Under the pieces are notes generated by a model, which saw only the letters and a program-made list of their open reading frames with translations, made no database searches and was not told where the DNA came from. DNA of 33,985 bases, taken from the NCBI GenBank assembly GCA_017416695.1, contig JAFQBL010000033.1:1-33985 (forward strand). The letters run 5' to 3'. Origin of the DNA: Bacteroidales bacterium (lineage in GTDB: Bacteria > Bacteroidota > Bacteroidia > Bacteroidales > G3-4614). Of the stretch, positions 1-7,432 are shown in pieces (the first letter of the stretch is position 1; the number at the start of each line of letters is the position of its first letter). The translations under genes were made by a program, and so were the position numbers.

Positions 1-31
1 AAAAACTTAGTTATCCTAATTATCTTCAAAC

Positions 32-123
32 TCTCCCCCCTCATTTTAGGGGGAGTACCCGCAGGGGGTAGGGGTAATAAAATAAGAGCCTCCCCAGTAG
101 TAGGGACGTGGCCTGCCACGTCC
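32..123. repeat. REP-like palindromes (CTCCCCC..GGGGGAG hairpin and GTAG-type REP)
   Basis: ctccccc-ctcatttta-gggggag inverted repeat from ~34; GTAG (100-103) followed by a perfect 9-bp stem ggacgtggc-ct-gccacgtcc (104-123), the layout of GTAG-family REPs. Confidence 0.6.
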
Positions 124-193
124 GCTAACAAAGGTTTGCAAACCTTTTGTTGTATCTAATTAGTCCAATTAGCCTAATTAGACTTATTAGAAC

Positions 194-225
194 AAAAAAA
201 ATGGATTGCCGAAGCAACCCATTTT
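194..225 (-). terminator. Rho-independent terminator of the 4-gene surface operon
   Basis: Minus strand aaaatgggttgc-ttcg-gcaatccatttt followed by a T run, ~40 nt after the stop at 268. Confidence 0.8.
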
Positions 226-267
226 AACTGATATCTGATAGCTGATAGCTGACAGCTGGTAGCAGAC

Positions 268-741
268 CTACTCCTCAACAAAAATTGGAGTCAGGCGAGT
301 CATATGTTGAGTATATCTTTTCACAACATTGCCATCCTCTTCTGTGATAGTCTGCTCAATAACCAAGTCAGTTTCATCTAATTTCTTAATAACAAACTTA
401 CTATCTCCATATTGGTCAATAAGTGTGAAATTGCCATCCTCGTATGTCCAAATACCAAAAAGAAGATTTTCACTATCGGTAATCATTCCGTCAGGATTTA
501 CCTCTAATATATTCCATTCGTAACTACCATCGGCTTTGAATTGGTTAACGAAAGTGTATTGGCTGACGTCTAAAACTTCAGGCTCTCTTGCATCGCCATA
601 CTCAGTTACTTGATACTCTGTTTTTTGTATCTTCCAAGTACCTACAAGAAGAATTTTAGTAGCATCATCTTCAGTACAAGAAGGGAAAACAAAAGCACTT
701 AATATAATAGCCAACAGGCTAAAAACTTTAAACTTTTTCAT
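268..741 (-). CDS. Lipocalin-like domain lipoprotein
   Basis: SpII signal (FPSC) then acidic residues; 'LVGTWK' and 'F.ADGSY...GIWTY..G.F' motifs typical of Bacteroidetes lipocalin-like domains. Confidence 0.75.
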   Translation of the reverse strand: MKKFKVFSLLAIILSAFVFPSCTEDDATKILLVGTWKIQKTEYQVTEYGDAREPEVLDVSQYTFVNQFKADGSYEWNILEVNPDGMITDSENLLFGIWTYEDGNFTLIDQYGDSKFVIKKLDETDLVIEQTITEEDGNVVKRYTQHMTRLTPIFVEE

Positions 742-756
742 TGTCGTATTCTTTTA

Positions 757-1671
757 TTATAAATAGTATGTTAATGCAATTCTACAACCAAGGTTTTGAG
801 TACCGTAAAGCAAAGCACAACTTCCAGGACTTACAACATCGGTAACTTGTTCAACTTTACCAGTGTTTGCACTGAAACCTTCGTAAGTTGCGTATGTTTT
901 AGGTTGGAATGTAACCATAAGGGGAGTGAATGTCATTGATACTCCAAGTGCAATTTTTGGAGCAACAAAGAACTCAAGACCTGCATCTGCCTGAACTCCC
1001 AAACCATGTATATAACCTGAGTTGTAACGCTCCACTGGGCGAGCATAGTCAATGCCAAGTTTGCTTTTGAAATCATCGAGAGTACCTTTTGGTGTTGTCA
1101 TAGGCATTGAAGATGGAACATGGTTAAGGTCGGTCATAGCGTTTCCGTAGTCAAAAACCATTCTGCCACCGGCTAATGCGTACAAGAGGTCAAATCCGTA
1201 AACAAACTTAATTTTTGGTGAGCCAACTTTACCCTCCCAACCAACTGAGAGCGAAAGGCTGTTTAGTCTTGATGTTATGGCATCGGTAACTTTGTTTTGT
1301 GATTCGGGGTTAAGAGCAACGGCAAGGTCGTCTTGAACATACTCGCGGTATTTAACAACACTACCATTAAATCCAAAGCCAAATCTTAAAGCACTCTTAT
1401 CGGTTGTGTAGTATTTAAGTCTTAAAGCAGCCAAAGGGTCTTGAGCAAGAATAAACATCTGTTTTGGATTTCCTGCCAAGTCGCTGATATACTCTCCTGC
1501 AAAATCGCCAGGAGCGGGTTGGCACGACATACTATAAGCAAGAGAGGCGGGGTTAAAGGTAACGCTGATACCCAAATCGCCCTTTTTGCTGTCGTATGAA
1601 GTTGTTTGAGCATATACACCATTTACTAAAAGAAACAGTGCTGCCAATAGTGTTAATATATATCTTTTCAT
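757..1671 (-). CDS. Outer-membrane beta-barrel protein
   Basis: Sec signal (VYA|Q), alternating amphipathic strands (e.g. GVQADAGLEFFVAPKIALGV), C-terminal aromatic barrel-type ending (IALTYYL). Confidence 0.75.
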   Translation of the reverse strand: MKRYILTLLAALFLLVNGVYAQTTSYDSKKGDLGISVTFNPASLAYSMSCQPAPGDFAGEYISDLAGNPKQMFILAQDPLAALRLKYYTTDKSALRFGFGFNGSVVKYREYVQDDLAVALNPESQNKVTDAITSRLNSLSLSVGWEGKVGSPKIKFVYGFDLLYALAGGRMVFDYGNAMTDLNHVPSSMPMTTPKGTLDDFKSKLGIDYARPVERYNSGYIHGLGVQADAGLEFFVAPKIALGVSMTFTPLMVTFQPKTYATYEGFSANTGKVEQVTDVVSPGSCALLYGTQNLGCRIALTYYL

Positions 1672-1694
1672 AACGATATCTTTAATCTTTTATA

Positions 1695-2198
1695 CTAATT
1701 AGGTTGTTTCATTCCGTCTTCTCCAAAGTTTGCTGCAGGAGTTATGTCAAGTTGGAAGTTGTAAGCCGAACCACATGCAATGTCAGCCTCTTTCTCTCCA
1801 AAGAAGTATGTCTCGCACGAAACTTTTTTACTATCCTTATCGGTAGTATAAGACTCGCCATACATCGAAGACTCAACTCTTACGTTAAGAGTTTTTCCAA
1901 CCGGGCAACCAAGTTCTACTTTAAAGAAAGCATCGTTATCAACGGCAACAGTTTTTAGAGCATATGCTGCAACTTTACCTTTATCATCGGGTACTCCGTA
2001 GAAGATATTTACCTTGTGACCAGGAGCAACAAGTTCGGGATCCTCCTGTGCAAGATTTTTGTTAAGGGTGATGTAGCGTACATATCCCATAACTGTAACC
2101 TTTGTCTCTAATACATCTGTGCTTAACTCTGTTTGTTCGGTACATCCTACCAATGCAAATAGTATTGCAGATAGGCATAATAAAGAAAACTTTTTCAT
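1695..2198 (-). CDS. Hypothetical surface lipoprotein (beta-sandwich-like)
   Basis: Lipobox LVGC followed by TEQTE; beta-rich sequence. Confidence 0.7.
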   Translation of the reverse strand: MKKFSLLCLSAILFALVGCTEQTELSTDVLETKVTVMGYVRYITLNKNLAQEDPELVAPGHKVNIFYGVPDDKGKVAAYALKTVAVDNDAFFKVELGCPVGKTLNVRVESSMYGESYTTDKDSKKVSCETYFFGEKEADIACGSAYNFQLDITPAANFGEDGMKQPN

Positions 2199-2217
2199 AT
2201 CTGTATAGTTATTAAAA

Positions 2218-3996
2218 TTATTCGCTCCTGAATGTTAAATTACATGTGAATGTTCCAAAATCACTCATTGAAAGATTATTGTATGTTCCTGTGTAGAATA
2301 GGTAGTCTCTGTAAAATGGATGCTCGCGGCTACTGTTATCAGAGGTCCAGTTTAGTTCATACCATAGATCTGTGTATATCAACTCCGATGACTTTTCATC
2401 GTATGTAGAGCCAACGTTTGCATAGGTATATATCGATTCGTTGCTATAACGGGTAACAGTTAAACTTCCACCATTTTGCACTGTACCATAGTTTGTTCCG
2501 CTGTTATATCCAATAAAGGTAAAACTTCTTATTCCCATTGATACGCTAATTGTTGCTCCTGTGCCATATTTGGCACTGATTGTTATGCTTCCTGTTGCTG
2601 GAGCAAGAGCATTAACAATTAGAATTTCAGGCTCCATTGAGTTTGTATAAATTGATAAATCACTGTTGCTGCTTGTTGCTGTATATGTTTGCCCTATTTC
2701 TTCAATGAATAATGATCTGGATAACTTGTTATCATTGATGAAAGCCTCATCAACATACTCTCTATTGAATGTTTTTTGAACAGTTGCAACTGAGGATGTA
2801 GTCTCATTTGTACTGGTACGAACAACTGCCAATTTAAAGGCACTGCTTTTAACTGAACGAACCCTTGTGGTAACTGTTGTGTTGTTTATAGTAGCAGAAA
2901 TATCGGTATATCCGTGACCTTTTGCAGTTACAACACCATTCTCAACTGTGGCAACCGAAGTGTTTGAAGATTTCCAGGTGGCACTACTCAAATCGTTCTC
3001 TTCATCGTTAAGATCTATCAGGGTAAACTCTATTGTTTTGTTAAATTTAGAGACACTTCCGTCAGGAGTGATAATGTTCATCGATGTTGAAGCCTTGTCA
3101 TTTGCACTCTTCTCAAGAGAGAGATTCATCTGTGCAGGGATAATCTTAAGAGTTGCCTCGCCACTTACGCCATCAACACTTGTAGCGGTAACGGTAACAT
3201 CGCCCGCTTTCAATCCCTTTATAGTGTTGGTCTCCTCATTAAACTCAACATAACTTGAAGGAGAGAAAGACCAAGAGATGTCCTTAATTGAAGCATTTGA
3301 AGGAGTAATAGATGCACTTACTGTTGTAGTTTTCTTTGCCTCAATAGTGCTATTACCCAAATTTACTTTTATTGATTTAACTGGGATATACTCTTTTACA
3401 ACAATAGAGCAACTCTCTTTGAAGTCGGCAGTAATACCAGTTAGGGTTGTTGTACCATTTTTAAGAGCAGTAACATAAAGAACTCCATCTTCAACCTCAG
3501 CCGTAGCAATATCTTCATCTGCAACACGCCACTCAATTGTTGAGATAGAGCCATTCTCAGGCTCTATGCCAGTAACATCAACCTTAACACGCTGGTCAAT
3601 GTAGGCATTTATTGAGTTTGGAAGAGTGAACGATGTTACCTCAACAGGATTTACTCTAACCTCAACCGAAGCCGAAACATTACCTGCGTATGCAGTAATA
3701 GTTGCAACACCTTCGCCCTCTGCCGAAACCTTTCCGTTTCTAACTCTTGCAACACTCTTGTCGGTTGTCTCCCAAGTAATGTCGGCAACATCTTGCATAT
3801 CGGTGGGGGTGATAATGTATTTAATTACAAAATCTTCTCCCTCGTCAAGAGTAATCTTGCCATTACGTACGTTAGTGAATTGAATATCTTCAATCTCTCC
3901 ACCCTCTTCATCACTACACGATGTAGTACTTACTGCTACCGAAGTTAAAATAAAAGCAGGTAGCAATAGATACAATAATAGTCTAAAAGTCTTCAT
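2218..3996 (-). CDS. Lipoprotein with ~4 bacterial Ig-like (Big_2) repeats and an unrelated C-terminal domain
   Basis: Repeats such as 'ITWETTDKSVARV..GKVSAEGEGVATITA' and 'ATWKSSNTSVATVENGVVTAKGHGYTDISA'; start moved to ATG 3996 (MKTFRLLL...TTSC lipobox) because the TTG at 4071 lies inside a -7 promoter box. Confidence 0.85.
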   Translation of the reverse strand: MKTFRLLLYLLLPAFILTSVAVSTTSCSDEEGGEIEDIQFTNVRNGKITLDEGEDFVIKYIITPTDMQDVADITWETTDKSVARVRNGKVSAEGEGVATITAYAGNVSASVEVRVNPVEVTSFTLPNSINAYIDQRVKVDVTGIEPENGSISTIEWRVADEDIATAEVEDGVLYVTALKNGTTTLTGITADFKESCSIVVKEYIPVKSIKVNLGNSTIEAKKTTTVSASITPSNASIKDISWSFSPSSYVEFNEETNTIKGLKAGDVTVTATSVDGVSGEATLKIIPAQMNLSLEKSANDKASTSMNIITPDGSVSKFNKTIEFTLIDLNDEENDLSSATWKSSNTSVATVENGVVTAKGHGYTDISATINNTTVTTRVRSVKSSAFKLAVVRTSTNETTSSVATVQKTFNREYVDEAFINDNKLSRSLFIEEIGQTYTATSSNSDLSIYTNSMEPEILIVNALAPATGSITISAKYGTGATISVSMGIRSFTFIGYNSGTNYGTVQNGGSLTVTRYSNESIYTYANVGSTYDEKSSELIYTDLWYELNWTSDNSSREHPFYRDYLFYTGTYNNLSMSDFGTFTCNLTFRSE

Positions 3997-4068
3997 ATTA
4001 GTGTAATTAATTATTAGTTTGTCGTAATAAGTTAATGGTTGTTTAATACATACATAAACTGTATTACG

Positions 4069-4076
4069 CAAAGTTA
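4069..4076 (-). promoter_or_regulatory. Bacteroidetes -7 promoter box (TAACTTTG)
   Basis: Matches TAnnTTTG, ~70 nt upstream of ATG 3996. Confidence 0.6.
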
Positions 4077-4151
4077 AATTAAGTTAACACCTGATGTTTC
4101 CGTGAGGTAGTAAATAAAATATACGAAAGGGTAAAAATTTTATACAATCTT

Positions 4152-4367
4152 TTACTCTTCTCCCTCTTCATATTCCTTTATGTAGTGCAAAAAGAAGTTG
4201 TGATTTAATGCGCGAGATATACGCATAAGCATATCACTGTTTATAGATTTTTGGCGGAAGATATAATATACGTTGGGACGCTCGCAATTAATCTTTTTTG
4301 CAAGCCAGGCAGGAGTCCTCTCCTGACGTCTCATTTCCTGTTCGATGAGTTTGCCAATGTGTATCAT
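4152..4367 (-). CDS. XRE-family helix-turn-helix regulator
   Basis: 'IHIGKLIEQEMRRQERTPAWLAKKINCERPNVYYIF...INSDMLMRISRALNHNFF' is the characteristic small Bacteroidales XRE pattern. Confidence 0.85.
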   Translation of the reverse strand: MIHIGKLIEQEMRRQERTPAWLAKKINCERPNVYYIFRQKSINSDMLMRISRALNHNFFLHYIKEYEEGEE

Positions 4368-4522
4368 AAAGAAAGGCGGAACCGTTTGTTACAAACCTAA
4401 AACTGAGGTACCGCCAAGCACCCTTGATACAGATAAGCACAAACAATCCACGCCTTGGGGGCATGAACCATTATGAAGTGCTTATTCCCGTATCTAAAAA
4501 AAATTGGCGGTTTTCAGTTTTG
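4368..4522 (-). ncRNA. Candidate structured leader RNA upstream of the XRE gene
   Basis: Nested inverted repeats 4399-4417/4504-4521 and 4426-4440/4478-4494, an inner hairpin, and an alternative pairing 4375-4389/4439-4454. Confidence 0.55.
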
Positions 4523-4671
4523 AGAATAATTACTTAAAGTTCAAATTTTAAAGTGGTTAGATTTTATCTATCTCCTTTATCCCTACTATATTTTTCTCGT
4601 ATCTATCTTTTTAAATTATTACTATAAAATTTGTTTTACCTATTGAAGTTCAACAAAATTGTATTTGAGTG

Positions 4672-4702
4672 CAAAAGTATGAAAAAACAATATAACCACA
4701 AA
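4672..4702 (-). promoter_or_regulatory. Bacteroidetes primary-sigma promoter (-33 TTTG, -7 TACTTTTG)
   Basis: Plus-strand caaaagta 4672-4679 and caaa 4699-4702 with a 19-bp spacer. Confidence 0.65.
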
Positions 4703-4759
4703 CAAAACACCCCAATAATATATTCAAACTACTAAATATCACTCATTTTCAATTTTTTG

Positions 4760-5401
4760 TTATCTCCTAAACGACTTTCCTGTAAATATTATTACGTTCA
4801 TCATCTCGTTAAAGCGGTCGGCAATTCTTGTCCCGTACTTCTCTTTTATCTCCTTAGCCGTTAGATTGGTTGATATAACAGTAAACAGTTGCTCATTGTA
4901 TCGGTGTTCAAGTACCTCTATTACAGGGTTTAGAATATTGCCGTAGTCGAGTTTTGTTGTAGGCTCTTTACCCATATCCTCTATTGCAAGTAGTGGAACT
5001 GTTTTACACTCCTTCATTCTGTCGGCAACCTCTCTTGCATCTACAATAGGCATACCATACTCCACTAAATTTCTTAACTTCAAATATACAAGCGAGTTTT
5101 GCAATGCTCTCACAAGAGTTGTTTTGCCATTACCGCAAGTACCGCAGAGAACTATTCCTGTTTTGTGCGATTTGGATGTCAAGGCATTTGCCATTTTTTT
5201 GATGGCTGAGTTCGTCTCCTCACTCTCCTGATACTTCATATTGCGTGATGCAACCTCAGCCCTATATGCAGCCGTTAGCAATATTCTGACCTCTTCTGGG
5301 GGTAAGTTAATCTTGAAGCCAGTCCGAGTAATCCTCTGCCGAAGTAGCACTGACATCAAATCCGATATCTTTTTCGTAGTTACGTTGTTTTGATTTTCCA
5401 T
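4760..5401 (-). CDS. DnaC/IstB-like AAA+ ATPase (phage-type helicase loader)
   Basis: Walker A GTCGNGKTT, Walker B LLAIED, 'RYNEQLFTVISTN', 'YGTRIADRFNEM', C-terminal 'G.SFRR'; overlaps the upstream gene by 95 nt. Confidence 0.85.
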   Translation of the reverse strand: MENQNNVTTKKISDLMSVLLRQRITRTGFKINLPPEEVRILLTAAYRAEVASRNMKYQESEETNSAIKKMANALTSKSHKTGIVLCGTCGNGKTTLVRALQNSLVYLKLRNLVEYGMPIVDAREVADRMKECKTVPLLAIEDMGKEPTTKLDYGNILNPVIEVLEHRYNEQLFTVISTNLTAKEIKEKYGTRIADRFNEMMNVIIFTGKSFRR

Positions 5402-6086
5402 TTGTTAGTTCCTTTCTATGCTCTTTTTTGTGTTGTTGAAGTTGTATTCTTAGCCAATCTACAAAATGTGCTTTGATGTCAGCATCATTTGCGTGAGTAG
5501 TGTTTTTGCATTTTTGTTCAAGTTCAAAATCATCAATATATTTCAGCAACTCATCTTTTGTTGTTTTAAATCGCATCAATATATTCTCTTGCCAATTTTG
5601 GTTATCTCTTAAATCTTGCGTTAACACCTCTTCGCTTGTATGCGATATAGTGTGTGTGATATTATTATTTTCTTTTATTTCTTTTTCTTTTCTTTTACTT
5701 GCATCATTTTGCTTTGCATTTGCATTGCGTTTGCAATTATTCTCTGATTTCCAACGAGTTTCACTTGCCTTTCTGCGTTGTTGGCTAACCTCTTTTTGCT
5801 TCTCTAATCGGGTATTTACAGCACTGCTCCAAAACTCAACATCGTTGTGTTCAAACAAACCACTACACTCAATTATGTTTTGTACTACATTTGTATCAAC
5901 GTGTAATACAAATGCAATACTTTTGTATGCCGATATAGGCAACCTTCCACCCTGCTCATATAAATGTTCTATGATACACCAGTAGATACCAACACCTGCC
6001 ACGCCATACTCAGCCAACAGCATTTGTATTTTGGGATCGTTTCTTGCTCCGTAATCGTGAGGAAAGTAATATGCTCTCTTTGCCAT
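5307..6086 (-). CDS. DUF4373 / Lin1244-Lin1753-like phage replication initiator-like protein
   Basis: N-terminus 'YYFPHDYGARNDPKIQMLLAEYGVAGVGIYWCIIEHLY', basic low-complexity linker, C-terminal 'HFVDWLR' helix; coupled to a DnaC-like ATPase. Confidence 0.8.
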   Translation of the reverse strand: MAKRAYYFPHDYGARNDPKIQMLLAEYGVAGVGIYWCIIEHLYEQGGRLPISAYKSIAFVLHVDTNVVQNIIECSGLFEHNDVEFWSSAVNTRLEKQKEVSQQRRKASETRWKSENNCKRNANAKQNDASKRKEKEIKENNNITHTISHTSEEVLTQDLRDNQNWQENILMRFKTTKDELLKYIDDFELEQKCKNTTHANDADIKAHFVDWLRIQLQQHKKEHRKELTNGKSKQRNYEKDIGFDVSATSAEDYSDWLQD

Positions 6087-6120
6087 TCTCTTAATTTATT
6101 AACTGCTATTTCTAATATTT

Positions 6121-6220
6121 TTGTTGCTCACAAAAATAGATTATAGTTTAGTGCGTGTAGTGGTATAATTATATAAAGAGTAGTTGGTAAATAGTAGAGA
6201 GTAGTTAGTTGTAGGGAGGT
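6121..6220 (-). promoter_or_regulatory. Promoter module P, copy 1 (contains -7 TATTTTTG at 6131-6138)
   Basis: Near-identical to 9881-9966; sits upstream of the DUF4373 gene. Confidence 0.7.
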
Positions 6221-6264
6221 GTCCTATGCGACAGAGGGAAACAGTGTCCTGCACGACGTAGTCG

Positions 6265-6501
6265 GTCTGAAAGACCTGGGAGAACTTGTTCTCCTACTTA
6301 ATAGCCGTAGGTTTTCAAACCTACGGAAAAAGAGAAATGCCACACCATCTCACCGTCTGAAAGACGGGAAAAGGGCATCAAAAGTAACTAAATATGGGCT
6401 ATCCCGTCTTTGCAGACGGATAAAGATTATTCATCAATAACCACGGACTTTGTCCGCGGTTATTAGGTAGTTTCGCTTACGCTCAACCCTGTCTTTCAGA
6501 C
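6265..6501. repeat. ~240 bp nested-palindrome REP/REPIN-like element
   Basis: Outer IR gtctgaaagac 6265-6275 / gtctttcagac 6491-6501; internal hairpins at 6305-6326, 6353-6367, 6404-6419 and 6436-6464 arranged symmetrically. Confidence 0.75.
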
Positions 6502-6598
6502 AACATTAGTATAATCTTAGTTCTAAAAACTAACTAAATCCGTAATAACAACTGAGGAGAAAAGAAAAAGAGTGCTAATCTTTCAATTATCACTCTTT
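6387..6598. repeat. Left copy of the ~215 bp direct repeat bracketing the cassette array
   Basis: Aligns to 11457-11677 with a few substitutions and one ~9-nt indel. Confidence 0.95.
6565..6598 (-). terminator. Degenerate copy of the tRNA-operon terminator
   Basis: Same hairpin as 11643-11677 with two stem substitutions. Confidence 0.6.
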
Positions 6599-6637
6599 AC
6601 TAACTATCTCTCTTTTTTAAGGTTATTATCAAAGATT

Positions 6638-7192
6638 TTATTCTATCCCAAATATTTTATTAAATACACCATAATTATATATAGCATATACATTTTCATT
6701 ATATTTCTCAATATTATTGATCTTAATCTTTATATGATTAAAATCTTCAATAAACCCCAAAATTTCTTCATCAGTGATTAAATTATATGCATCTCTATGA
6801 AAAAGGATATTAGAAAAATAGACTCTGCGTGAGTGAATATGTACTAAATACGTAATATTATAAATATTACTTTTCCCTTCACTGTCAAATGCTTTACCCT
6901 TTCCAAAATGTTTAATAAGAAGATACTCAATTACTGCATTTACATTCTCTTTATCTAAGATGCTTATAGGTATGTCTTCTCTCATTTCTACACCTTTAAA
7001 TAATTCTTTGTTTTTTTCTGGTAGATGCCATACCCAAAAATCCCTTACATGCTGTTTTAATGTATCAGTGTATGCTACCATATATTGCAAATCACCTTTC
7101 TTGAGAATCTCAATATTTTCATTAGACTCTGCAAATATGTTCTGCGATACAACTATTAATAAAAGAGTTGTAACAAAGAGAAATCTTTTCAT
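6638..7192 (-). CDS. Secreted paralog 1 (candidate immunity protein)
   Basis: SpI signal MKRFLFVTTLLLIVVSQNIFA|E; clear paralog of 7398, 8027 and 10111 (shared GDL, W.WY.P, HFG, SEGKSNIY, GRVYF, IT.EEILGFI.DFN). Confidence 0.85.
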   Translation of the reverse strand: MKRFLFVTTLLLIVVSQNIFAESNENIEILKKGDLQYMVAYTDTLKQHVRDFWVWHLPEKNKELFKGVEMREDIPISILDKENVNAVIEYLLIKHFGKGKAFDSEGKSNIYNITYLVHIHSRRVYFSNILFHRDAYNLITDEEILGFIEDFNHIKIKINNIEKYNENVYAIYNYGVFNKIFGIE

Positions 7193-7239
7193 AATAAAGT
7201 CAATTATAGTATGATGTAAAATTTGAGTATAAAAGTATT

Positions 7240-7263
7240 CTATTTTCCTAAGATATGCAATAG
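7240..7263 (-). pseudogene. 3'-terminal stub of a deleted toxin-like gene (LLHILGK*)
   Basis: ctattttcctaagatatgcaatag matches the end of 8647..9864 (LLYILGK*) at the same position relative to the downstream paralog. Confidence 0.75.
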
Positions 7264-7432
7264 TAGAGAGTAGTTAGTAGTAGGAATGTGATGTCACCTC
7301 TGCAGTTGTTTGTAATTGGGCTAATGAACTAAATCCGTAATAACAACTGAGAAAAAAGAAAAAGAGTGGTAATCTTTCGATTATCACTCTTTACTAACTA
7401 TCTCTCTTTTTTAAGGTTATTATCAAAGATTT
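7262..7432. repeat. Spacer-terminator-tail module (copy of ~9941-10110)
   Basis: tagagagtagttagt...gtcacctc.gcagttgtttgtaatt...aactaaatccgtaat...terminator...ctatctctcttttttaaggttattatcaaag shared. Confidence 0.9.
7359..7392 (-). terminator. Rho-independent terminator (copy of tRNA terminator)
   Basis: Minus strand agagtgataatc-gaaa-gattaccactct-ttttt. Confidence 0.8.

Noticed and set aside
3997-4071. 25-aa N-terminal extension of the Big_2 protein
   Set aside because: The TTG lies within the -7 promoter box and the lipoprotein signal begins at ATG 3996
4023-4076. Invertible (phase-variable) promoter for the surface operon
   Set aside because: Only a 7-bp inverted repeat (cgtaata/tattacg) that does not enclose the promoter box; no recombinase nearby
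4760-5401. IS21 IstB transposition helper
   Set aside because: No IstA DDE transposase or terminal inverted repeats; partner is a DUF4373-like initiator
6219-6440. 73-aa ORF on the plus strand
   Set aside because: Runs through the REP-like palindrome; no recognisable protein features
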